Of a stretch of 64,000 bases of DNA, positions 37,801 to 50,200 are shown piece by piece (the first letter of the stretch is position 1; each line of letters starts with the position of its first letter). The notes under the pieces are model-generated. The model was not told the DNA's origin. It saw only the letters and a program-made list of their open reading frames with translations, and did not search any database. Origin of the DNA: Glycera tridactyla (taxonomy: Eukaryota). The translations under genes and the position numbers were made by a program. The stretch covers positions 20,026,001-20,090,000 of the forward strand of contig OZ286477.1 of assembly GCA_965644265.1 (NCBI GenBank), read 5' to 3'.

Positions 37801-40022
37801 GCACGCAAATATTCAGTTCAAAACATTGTAATTCCACATCTGTGCAATCTAACAATGTAGGAGTATATGCAACAAATATGTACAGGGAGATACATATCAT
37901 GAGCTCACGAAAGATGGGATCAATGACACCCATGCTTTTAGCACACCAGCCTAAAACTTGAATTCTTGCAGGGCTAAGATAAAACTCACATGGGCGAAAG
38001 TAATCGTTCGATCCTAAGTAAATACACTAGGATTTCCAGCTAATACAATGTACATTCCGAATTGACATGATCACAAGTAAGAGGTATAGAGATAGAGATA
38101 GAGAGCATCTCCACTATTTCCGAGTGAGCGGGCTGTGTAAAAAGAAACGCATCATGGCCATCATGGACTCGTTTACAAAATACACGGTGGGGGGTAAACG
38201 GTTGAGAAGAAGCGAGCAGCAGGGTAAGTTGTAGCAGGAGACGAGTAGGAGGTGGAGACCGACTTTACCTTGTGGCCCCTAGCAGCCCCCGAGCCGTGCA
38301 TGGCTACCTTGTGGCCCCTGGCAGCCCCTGAGCCGCTGGAGGTGCTCAGAGCTGGCTCATAGTTACCATGCCTTGTCCTAGAGTACCGCACTCTCCCACC
38401 ACCACTGGCCACCTACAATGCCGAACAGTTACAATACCCAGTCTAGGCCACTAGCGCTGTATACCCAACCACACCCACGCACGCTATACTCTCACGTATG
38501 CAATACTCGCACCCATGGACTCTCTACCCACACCCATGCACGCTACATTCACACCCATGCATGCTGCACTCACACCCATGCACGCTACACTCACACCCAT
38601 GCACGCTACATTCACATCAATGCATGCTACACTCACACCCATGCACGCTACACCCAAACCCATACATGGTACACTCGAACCAATGCATGCTACACTCACA
38701 CCCATGCACGGTACACTCACACCAATGCACGCTGCACTCACACCCATGCACGGTACACTCAAACCCATGCACACTACATTCATACCCATGCACGCTGCAC
38801 TCACACCCATGCATGCTACACTCACTCCCATGCATTCTACCCAGACCAATGCACGCTACACACACACCCATGTACGCTACACTCACACCCATGCACGCTA
38901 CACTTACACCCATGCATGCCATACTCACACCCATGCACTTTCTACCCACACCCATGCACGCTACACTCACACCCATGCACGCTACACTCACACCTATGCA
39001 CGCTACACTCACACCCATGCATGCCATACTTACACCCATATACGGTACACTCACACCCATGTACGATACACTCACACCGATGCACGGTACACTCACACCC
39101 ATGCACGCCATACTCACACCCATGCACGCTATACTCACACTCATGCATGCTACACTCACACCCATGCACGCTATACTCAAACCCATGCACACTACACCCA
39201 AACCCATGCATGGTACACTCACACCCATGCATGCCATACTCACAGCCATGTACACTACACTCACACCCGTGCATGCTACACTCACACCCATGCATGCTAC
39301 ACTCACACCCATGCACGCTACGTGACAGCCTGCAGGAAGCAACTGCAACAATTTGCTGTAGGAGAAAATGATGGCAGAAGCTACATCAGATGGAAGCGAG
39401 TCCATGTCCCAGCTCAAGTTTATTCTTGCATTCATTACAGGTGGGGATGTTTCTGTAGTGTCCTGGTCCCTTGGGATATCGCTCAGCCTGCCCTCCCTTA
39501 CATGCGATAGCATTGTTCTTACCGCTCAGGTTGGGAATTCTTGCATTTATGCCACATTTAAACTAGTTTCTTCCATCTGATTAAATTCTGTTCTTGTATT
39601 TCACTCTATTGAGGGACAGCTATTTTCTACAGGCTTTTCTGTATGGTGCACCTCACTGCACGACTCACATATCCAGACAGTGTCAGATATGAAGACACCG
39701 ATTATTGAATAAAATTTTCTGGTATCGGACCACCGCTTCAAAAACACTAGAATGATGGGAGAAGATTATAGATTTTCAAGAGAACTGTAGGCTTCCAGCA
39801 AGCATAATATGAGAGCGAAACACTTCACTGTTACCTAGGCAACACAACACATGAGAGCAACAGGACATATATGATGGTATACTTGAGTAAGACTTTCCTT
39901 ACTTATACTACTACCAGAGAGAGATGTGAGATGGCTACTATGTTGGTGGGAGAAGGGTGACTAGCATACTTACATTCACCTGAATGTCACGCAATCGCAA
40001 AACAGCGCCAGCAGGGGTGGCT
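34882..40022 (-). CDS. Candidate unannotated multi-exon gene (3' part), product unknown
   Basis: Exons 40022-39974 (gtaagt donor), 38412-38269 or 38412-38308 (AAG|gt donors) and 35016-34882 join in phase: ATPAGAVLRLRDIQVN-VASGGGRVRYSRTRHG...GHK-HAVALAGADSDTEMSAENDAGMSDEERN...SLWI*. No family recognised. Confidence 0.4.
35027..35740. repeat. Minisatellite, 64 bp x about 11
   Basis: caccatggtacaagaggcagagatagtcacacagtgcgacagctgtcacctggcgcatcccaga. Confidence 0.95.
38470..39321. repeat. Minisatellite, 21 bp x about 40
   Basis: cacccatgcacgctacactca; explains the 275-331 aa His/Thr-rich ORFs. Confidence 0.95.
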
Positions 40023-41002
40023 CTATCAATAAGATGGTATCAAACATGATTGGAGGGGCCTGCTAATGTCATATCTACATAGTATGTGCGCCAGCAGGGG
40101 TGGCTCTATCAATAAGATGGTATCAAACATGATTGGAGGCTCCTACTCATGTCACATCTACATAGTATGTGCGCCAGCAGGGGTGGCTCTATCAATAAGA
40201 TGGTATCAAACATGATTGGAGGCTCCTACTCATGTCACATCTACATAGTATGTGCGCCAGCAGGGGTGGCTCTATCAATAAGATGGTATCAAACATGATT
40301 GGAGGCTCCTACTCATGTCACATCTACATAGTATGTGCGCCAGCAGGGGTGGCTCTATCAATAAGATGGTATCAAACATGATTGGAGGCTCCTACTCATG
40401 TCACATCTACATAGTATGTGCGCCAGCAGGGGTGGCTCTATCAATAAGATGGTATCAAACATGATTGGAGGCTCCTACTCATGTCACATCTACATAGTAT
40501 GTGCGCCAGCAGGGGTGGCTCTATCAATAAGATGGTATCAAACATGATTGGAGGCTCCTACTCATGTCACATCTACATAGTATGTGCGCCAGCAGGGGTG
40601 GCTCTATCAATAAGATGGTATCAAACATGATTGGAGGCTCCTACTCATGTCACATCTACATAGTATGTGCGCCAGCAGGGGTGGCTCTATCAATAAGATG
40701 GTATCAAACATGATTGGAGGCTCCTACTCATGTCACATCTACATAGTATGTGCGCCAGCAGGGGTGGCTCTATCAATAAGATGGTATCAAACATGATTGG
40801 AGGCTCCTACTCATGTCACATCTACATAGTATGTGCGCCAGCAGGGGTGGCTCTATCAATAAGATGGTATCAAACATGATTGGAGGCTCCTACTCATGTC
40901 ACATCTACATGGTATGTGTGCCAGCAGGGGTGGCTCTATCAATAAGATGGTATCAAACATGATTGGAGGCTCCTACTCATGTCACATCTACATAGTATGT
41001 GT
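40005..41002. repeat. Minisatellite, 83 bp x 12
   Basis: gtgcgccagcaggggtggctctatcaataagatggtatcaaacatgattggaggctcctactcatgtcacatctacatagtat, nearly identical units. Confidence 0.97.
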
Positions 41003-44000
41003 GTTAGTCTGACTCTTGAGTAGGGCGAAGCATGCAGGATATGAAGCTGCACACTGCAGACCTGCATGACTCTATATTGGAGAATGACACAGGTGATCCA
41101 CTCATCAACCAATCCGACCAGCTCGGTAGATAGGACCACATCTATGAAATACTCTCTCAGCACATGACATGACCAATCTTATCAGGGGGCCCCTGGTCCC
41201 TCTTCATGCTTCTCCCCTCGTGTCCGCCCTCTTCATTAACTCAAGTAGCATGTAATTTAGGCATTGCGCAGTAATCAGAAGGCAGTGTAGAGTAGTTATC
41301 AGCAGTAGAGATATAGCAGGATGATCACTAAGACAGGCAAGCCAAGCTAGAAATACACGCTGCCACCTCACCGCAAAACCTGAATCAAAGAAAAACTTAT
41401 TCATTATTTGATAGAAGAGCATCTAGCGAGGTGACACAATGGGTCCCGTCCTAAACTCGGAACACCAGTAAGCTGATCGAGAAGGCACACCAGGACCAGG
41501 AAGGGGAGAGTAGCCCACCTCTACCCAAGAGTGACTTGGTAATCATGGCACGAGATGCCACCAATGTCTGATAATCTTTCTCCACTATGATAATATAATT
41601 GACTTTGAGATATGATTTCGAGCGCATTTTAACGATCAATAATGAAGTGCAATAATACACCTTACATGCTCGAGATATGAATAGGACAGAATCAGTGAAG
41701 AATGTTTTACTGAGAAATCATTACCATGGTTCATAGATTCTGAGCAAATGAAGCTCAACCATCATTTTCATTAGTCGCCACCAGTTGTCACTCTACCTAA
41801 TAGGCAGCTCACTGAGCTGAACCCTTTGTGTCACCCCAGAAGCTTCCAGAGAGTGCAGCTAAATGTGCAGCAATACGCGAGCCTCTCGTGCGTTGACAAC
41901 CAAAACAAGGATTGAATAGGATCACAAATGTCACCAGGTTTACCTGCCACACTCACTAACATCGCATAGACGGACAATTTGACATTTAACAAACTGATCT
42001 GAAAATCATCCCATATCACTAAACTATAAAAAATGGTAGTGAATCAGGATATTGTAGGCTTCCATGTTGTTGCATATATGTGAATGCACTTATTGCGTGT
42101 ATGACTATATTCAGCTAGTTCCGCCTTAGTCGATCCACTTATCAATCTTATCATTACATCATGCACCACTGTATGACTACTAACATCATTCATTCATTCA
42201 TTCATTCATTCATCCATTCATCCATCGATCCATCCATTCATAAATGGAGTCAGTATCCAAGACTGAGGCCCTATCCACGATATACAAGTCCGTCAGCGTG
42301 AGGACGATCCATTGTTGTTGGAGTTTTGAATGAAGGTGCTTATTGTAGCATTGCAATCAGATATAAGTCCCACCATCTAGATGTTCGATGCTACAAGATA
42401 CGGGGTGATGTCTCAAGATAACAATCCCAGGCCAAGAAGAATATACCCTCAAGATCTGATTGGGGATAGAGATCGAAAGAATATCCCATTTTTCTAGTCT
42501 TAGCCTGTGTCAATTGAGAAGATAAAACCGGAAGTCATTGGACAGGAGTCATGACGATGATTCAGTATTATAAAGATTTCAGATTTGTTCTTCCCACATG
42601 ACATGGACACGTAGTCATATTATATACATTTGTGGACATTTGAATCAGCAACAAAAACTACTGAAACATTACAGAAGAAAGGAAAAGAAAATGAGGACAT
42701 AGGAAAATATCAATGTATCTTTACATCATAGTGACTATTCTTGCCGAATTTGTCATGTTCCCAGAAAACACATAAATCATTGCTTCTGTTTATGTGGTGT
42801 TTGAGCAGCTAGCCAGCTGATCAGATCAGGTGATCATTCAAGAATCACCCTGTTAGTTTGTCCCATGCGCCACTTTGCAGCATCTATTCTGTAGATGATT
42901 AGCAAATAACAGCCTCATTGACAGCTGACTGACTACAATGAGGGGTAAAGGTAAGATGTACTTGTGACAAACCGACCTCTAGCCGCCCTCTAGCCGCCCT
43001 CTAGCCACCTTCTAGCCGCCCTCTAGCCGGCGGTGGGGGCACACTCACCCTGTTCTCACTTCATCCAGTCCTCACACTCCTCTTATTCAGGCTGAAGCAA
43101 AACGACCAGGCATACACAAATAATACATACATATATGCAACTTGGAACCAGGCAACATACAGTTTAACTATGGGTGAATTTCAGGCAAATCGTGAATATT
43201 GCTGATTTTTTTGTCCGAAGTATTTCAGGGGGAAATCACTTTGCATTGAGTATTTGGCAATACATATCGAATTACTAAAATAAGTCAAAGGACTGTTTTC
43301 TGTTACAAATAATGTTCCCCTTCTCTTGTGTTGTGGTGGTAACAGCGATTCGGGCATCTGCATCGGTCTGCAAACATACATGAAAACAAGGCCACATTTA
43401 CACGTGTTCAATGACTGGACATACCCTTCATATCGGGAGATTATCGATAAACTTAAGACTGACACAGCGCATTCTGCCAAATAGATGCACCTGCACCGAC
43501 AGAAAGGAATCCAAACTGATATGCCCCACATCTCGCCGATAAATCAATTCACGGCAGTCATACCTCCACATATTTCAATCAAACTGCCAGTGAAAACGAC
43601 AGTTTCATACATGTAAAGAGACATCTTCAATGGTGCGAGGTGAAGGATTCTATGTGCTGTACTAATATGAGTTACCGCATACTCTTTCACAAACGAATCA
43701 ACTTGGAAAACATCCTCTTGGCCCCGACACTGATTGCATGTAAGACTGGCAAAATCACCCTTACACTTGCTATGCAAAGCACCTTCAACATATCATCCAT
43801 CAATGGTACATCAATGGTTCTTCCTGACTGGAAACAAGATCGGCGGGTAGCACTACTGAATGCTGACTTTATATCGCCCACGTGTCTAGCCATTAGGTGT
43901 GTCATTCAGAGAAGGGGAATGCTCTCGCCAACACATCCGCCCCCTCCCTTCGTAAGATTGGTTCCTCCATTCGATGGTGCGTCTATTTGGCAGAATACGG

Positions 44001-45050
44001 TAATATCAACTCACATCTCTATCGCATGCATAATACTCATCACGATGTTTTCTGAATTGACAGGATTGTGCGTCGTATTAACATTGCTCCATAAGACACC
44101 GGCACTGCAGTCTCAGCCAGCACAAATAGTCACCACACACTCGTGGTTCTACATCTCAGATGGTGTATTGTTATTGCTGGTTATTCACATGGCTATCGGT
44201 GTTGTGCTGATTAATTGGTACTACTGTATTAACTCTACTATCATGAATCTACGCTGCTACCAGCAGACCTAACAAGCCAACAAATTCAAGCACCACATAA
44301 TCATCTAGGACACAGGTAAGTGAATACGACTAAACATCTCAACTATGAGGTGAATGTAGGTCAAACTATTATCTATCAAGTACAATACACTACTCTCTTT
44401 GGACGTAGAAAGAAATTGTCCGAAAGCAGTGAGTAAAGAAACAGGATGTTCAGGCAGGAGAAACATATAGGGTCTTGTGTTTGACTGCTTTGTTTACGAT
44501 CCTACTCCACAGTCACCATGTGAACAAACGCTGTTATAGATCGGAGGACACTCCCCTTCTTTCATAGTTCGCTCGACATCGCACAAAGTCAATCAATTCA
44601 ATAATATTGGGAATGGAATACCACGGTACATATCCTCCGTAAATGTGAAGGTGCAGGTGTGTGTTTTGCCTGGGAAATAGATTTCGAACGGCAGCGACCA
44701 TTAGATAATGTCCACATATGGAGATGCATCGAAAGTCCATCAATTGAATAATGGGAAATATTGGTATGAGGTCACCGAGGTAACTATCTCCCTCAGTGCT
44801 TAGTCTGGAAAAAGCACAAAGGTACATCTGATCTCATGAAATTTACTGGATATTCGATATAATGATTTCTTAGGATTCCAGTGATATAGACGGAGCTATA
44901 CTTCACCGAACTGTCACCATGATGATAGTACTGACAATAATGTTAATAATAATCCTGGCATCCTAAAGCTTTTTTTAAACAGCCAACACGCAGTTCTGAT
45001 GACCTGACAAAACAAAACAACAACATAAGTTTTGCCATGCGGTGTGTATG

Positions 45051-45565
45051 TGTGTCTTTGTGACCGCATGTAATCGCTTGGGAATAACGTGTGTCTTTGT
45101 GACAGCATGTAATCACTTGGGAATAACGTGTGTCTTTGTGACAGCATGTAATCACTTGGGAATAACGTGTGTCTTTGTGACAGCATGTAATCACTTGGGA
45201 ATAACGTGTGTCTTTGTGACCGCATGTAATCACTTGGGAATAACGTGTGTCTTTGTGACCGCATGTAATCACTTGGGAATAACGTGTGTCTTTGTGACAG
45301 CATGTAATCACTTGGGAATAACGTGTGTCTTTGTGACAGCATGTAATCACTTGGGAATAACGTGTGTCTTTGTGACAGCATGTAATCACTTGGGAATAAC
45401 GTGTGTCTTTGTGACCGCATGTAATCACTTGGGAATAACGTGTGTCTTTGTGACCGCATGTAATCACTTGGGAATAACGTGTGTCTTTGTGACAGCATGT
45501 AATCACTTAGGAATAACGTGTGTCTTTGTGTGTCTTTGAAACAGCATGTAATCGCTTGGGAATAA
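45051..45565. repeat. Minisatellite, 39 bp x about 13
   Basis: gtgtctttgtgacagcatgtaatcacttgggaataacgt. Confidence 0.95.
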
Positions 45566-47165
45566 CTGATTACATATTTCATCATACGTAACTGGGGATG
45601 AGGTCAATGGTCACTTTAGTATCCCGGTATATTACTGAAGTGTCTCTCCTTCAATTTCAGTCACCTGGTATTGTTGAAATTCATATCTAGATAAGATCAC
45701 ATACAGTATCATGCCAGCAGTACATATGCATCCATATATACCTCTACGTACCCACTGGATTCCGTATACAAATTTGACCCATTTAACTCAGTGCAGTGGT
45801 TTGATTTGCACAATGCCTTACCAAGCTCAAAAGTATACAAAGCATAATCCTAGCACAGTGCTAATACAAGAGAAATGTGATATTCGATGGATGCAAAGTG
45901 ACGTCGTGAAGTAGTGGACGCACATCATGTCCCCACCGGCCCACATCACATACAACGAATACCAAGAGCAATGGACACCATCTTTCTGCCCATACCAGAA
46001 TGCACTAAGCTTGATTTGCAAAGAACTAGCAAGCTGGAAGAAGCAAACGTGTGAATCTAGTGAAGTATTTCTATCCATAATTAGAAATCAGGGATTGTTG
46101 TGATGGATTTAGTAAGACCATCCTCGGAGACACTCTCACATCTGCCTGCCAGCTCTGACTACTGCGCCCTTGGCCTACTGCTACTGCTTACCTTGTCTTG
46201 CAAAACGTGCTTCAATCTACTTTAGCCAGAATCTGACGTACTGGTGGGGATGTTAAGATACCCACACTGGAATAGAGGCACTATGTAGACAACCGACATA
46301 ATAAGACAATGTTCCAGGTGCTGGCATCTGTTTTAAACTGAACTGGGTGAACACGGTTGATAAGATGGTTGATACCATTCCAATATACAATTCATATGAT
46401 GCATTCCTATATTTCATCTGGGAGGACAAGAAGAGTGAGCAAGACAATACTGTCAGTATGTAGATAACTTCCAGGGACTGATGGAGGATGAAGAAACCAG
46501 AAGGGACTATAATGCTATCATACATTCACCATTCACTAAAACCATGTACATTCCAACCTGTCTACAAAGACCAGACCTGGTTGCATGGAAAAGTATATTT
46601 TAGAAAATTCCACCATGATGGCGGCTCAATCTGGCCTTTGCAAGCAGGTGATCTTTGTATGGAGGTGATTTCGAACAGGTCCGACTCTGTTAACTTGTCA
46701 TCATGCGAGCATTCCCTCTTACTTAAGAAAGGATACTCCAGATAAAGAGGCAGACAGTGCTTCTTGACAAAAGAAGAGCTTTCCTTTGTCTCTCTTTCCT
46801 CTCTCCCTTTCTCTCCCTCTCTATCTCTCACTCATACTCCATCTTCATCTCTCTAGGTGCAGGTGAGCTCCATGCATGATCAATAACAAACATATCCATC
46901 AGGTGAAAGACACACAAATATATCTCACTACTCTATCGGTAACTGCCACAATGGGAAGCAGGTACACAACTTGAAATTTAATTTCAAGCATTGCAAATGT
47001 TCGGAACACAATCACCAAGAATAGACAAATATGTTGTTGGCTACTCTCTCAGAATGCAAAATTGTAGAAAAATACGAAAATAAGTAAAGTCTCTTCCGAA
47101 CGTGAGTATATGAGAATAGTGTAAAAATATTTCTGATGTGAGAGGAGAAGACTTGAGCTATTAGA

Positions 47166-47297
47166 TCAATGATTGGATTCAGGTTGGAGATAGCCACCTT
47201 CATCTTCAGATACATCTCCCGTCTTCTGGCTCTTGCTGGCGTTCCGGCTGACAGGACGTGAAGCACCCGTCCTTCCCGCACACGCGTTTGTACACCG
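47166..47297 (-). CDS. SLC6: SLC6-like probable terminal exon (RCTNAC...GGYLQPESNH*)
   Basis: tttctttgcttttag acceptor, phase 0, 44 codons to TGA. Confidence 0.65.
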   Translation of the reverse strand, partial: RCTNACAGRTGASRPVSRNASKSQKTGDVSEDEGGYLQPESNH

Positions 47298-50200
47298 CTA
47301 AAAGCAAAGAAACATTGCAACTCTCACACTCCCCTCATTAAATCGAATGATTAGATTGATTGATTGGTATTACTTTATTTTATATCGTCACATGTACAAA
47401 ATACATATACCATTACCCCTAGTTAAGGGCATATCCATGTGCATGATAGCAACGAATTCAAGCATTACAAATATCATCAATCATAAGTATATAGAGATGA
47501 GATGAAGAAAAGTGCGTCGAAAGAAAGAAATATGGTATGAAAATGAACATGTAGATAAGGGTAGGTCGAGTTAAAATACACGATTGAAGAGATATGGCGA
47601 CAATGGACAAGTCAAGCGGAGTTGTCACATATTGTGGTGGTCCACTTGGGAGGTCGCTCATCAACGAGGACAATTGTAAATGCTCGGGATCAATAAACAA
47701 CCAACACCCAGCTGACTGGAGCGACACCGGACACCGACATCACCAGCACTGATATCTTAGTGCTGATGTAGATACACTGTCAAATCTGCCTATAAAGACA
47801 GCCTTCGGTCTCATCAAAAAGTGGCCTTTATGAACAGGTAGCCTCTACAGAGAGGCCATTTGATGTTGAAATTACTATCAGGGTGAGGATGGCCTCTATA
47901 GGCGGGTGGTCTTTATAGAGAAGTGGTCTATCGAGCAGGATGAACTGTAACTGCTGAAGTGAGAGCTAACTCTGGTACACTCCCTCCCACCTCAGTCACA
48001 ACCCACGTGGAGCAAATGATCTCCCAACTCATATTTTGCGCATGGGTAAATTGTGATGTGGCTGAAAGTGCCAGCAATGCAATACCGAGACTTGCAGTCT
48101 GCCAGACGGGAATACCATTATCTTGCAAGTTAGAAGGACATATTTACGGATTGTACATGGTACGGAATAATATGCAATATTCTGACCGAAGTTGATATTC
48201 TTCGTTGACCTCATACATGGAAGCCAAGTAAATGAGAGCGGAAATGTATGCTCCTATCTAGTGAGTAAATTTACGGACAATTTAATCGTGATGATCTATT
48301 TAGAACATGTGAGACCATGAAAATGTATAAAATCGCACATTGCCTCTCATTAAGGGCTAGCACAATATGATGCTAAACTCACCATCGTATTTGCCCTCTT
48401 GCAACTCCCTACAGTATTAAGCTTGCCTGCTCTGTGTATTTTCTCAATATTGAGATTCAACCACTTGTTGCAGAACACGGGGTTCGGCGGGTGCGCACTT
48501 GGGACGATGCTCTGCCTTCCCGTGTTCCTACATCTGACTGCTTTTCATGGACATCTGATAATCTGACACCACTTCTAATTGGTACAAATAGCTGGAATAT
48601 TCTTATTGCTTATTCGTACTAACCTCGCAGCCGGCGCCGTCGGCAGCACCGATAGCATGCATGGCGCCAAACAGCATGCCGACCACGATGAAACCGCCGG
48701 CGATGAACCAGCCCAGTACCACGGCCCACGGAGGGTACTCGAACTCCTCGCCGTACTTGATGCCCCGGGAGAAGGAGGCATATTCCTTCAGCACTCCACC
48801 CTTGTAGATGCATAACAATACCTGCAACAACCAGGACACTCTCAACTCGACCGTATTGTTGGTACATTGACAGATGAAGTTCGTCCTCTTGTTTGATGTG
48901 TATCGTGGGGTTCAATATTCACTGCCCGACTTTGATACCTGATCAGTTTTTGACACGTGTCCCTGTTTCCCAAGCAATTGATTCATACTGGCGGAGGGAG
49001 GGGAGAATGTTTGGAGATAGTACAGCCACTACTTACTATCACTTTGAAATCAGATCTGTCTGCATGGGGTTAAAATAAAGCCTGATTCAAAGAACATATG
49101 AAAATAGGAGGGACGTATAAGTTATGCTGAAACTGGCATGTCCCTGGTTGTTTTGGATGTCTGGAGGCAAATGGAGATAGGAAGGTGCTGACCAATCCTG
49201 CGCACAGCTACCGCCATGGCTGTATACTAGTGTCGCACTTACCGTAAAGAGGCCTGACAGCACAAACCACACTGAGAATGCCACTCTGTTTGCCAGATGG
49301 TAACGCTGTTTGGCTGCAACACATGTCAAAACCAAGCCTTATTTTACGCCAATACAACAAGTGTACCCCAGTATACATGAAATGATCGGTCTAATTGTGG
49401 TCTAATATCTGCTCTGGTTTCACTGGAACTAGTGCAATGCAAGGCTGGTCATTCATCGTGTGTCACTGCAGAATCCTTTAGACAATCTTTGACCACTCTT
49501 GTCCCAGTTGACAGCAGTACATTGAATAACGGGCGGATGAAGGTATTGTAACTTTGTGTATTGTGCGGACCTCAACCAGAAAATCCCACATGGACAATAT
49601 TTGATGGGTTTGTTCAATTGTAACATATTTAGGGAGAACTAGGAAGCTTCGGATGAGCTTAGGATTGCATTCAGAATGACAGAGAGAAATTCAAGTTGGA
49701 TATTGCATGAGGTGAGCATCGGGAGTCATGGAGTATACACGAGTCTTAAGTCTACTAGAAATGATAGAAGGAAAATGACCTACCATAAGATATCGTAAAT
49801 GCAATGAAACTGAAGAAAACGACAATACACATAAGTTTGTCGATCCACCCCATGACAAGCATCACCACATACAGGCCTCCCTATACAGAGAAACAAAGCA
49901 CACATAATGACAACCTGACAGAGTACCTACTACATGTAGAACACATTCAACATCACAGCTGAGTACACAATAAGAACATCTACCTAGTAGGAAGGCAAAA
50001 TCGGGGTTAGCGACGGACACTCTTGGATACTATAGCAAGATCCCCTACCTGAGGGACACGGGTGTCACCAGCTCCAGAATGCTGTTATACTCTCTCGAAT
50101 CCGAACGTTGGCTTTTTAAGAGGATGGGCCCTCATATTTTTGCGTTTTTACGACGAATCCGCCGGCATTGTCGGCGATTCCCTGTATGTGAATTAGTGGA

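Noticed and set aside
38173-38184. CaaX prenylation box
   Set aside because: Cys is third from the end (PCIL), not fourth.
38418-39513. Long His/Thr- or Cys/Met-rich ORFs (275-331 aa)
   Set aside because: They result from a stop-free 21-bp repeat that is open in several frames on both strands. The same applies to the ORFs in the 39-bp and 54-bp arrays.
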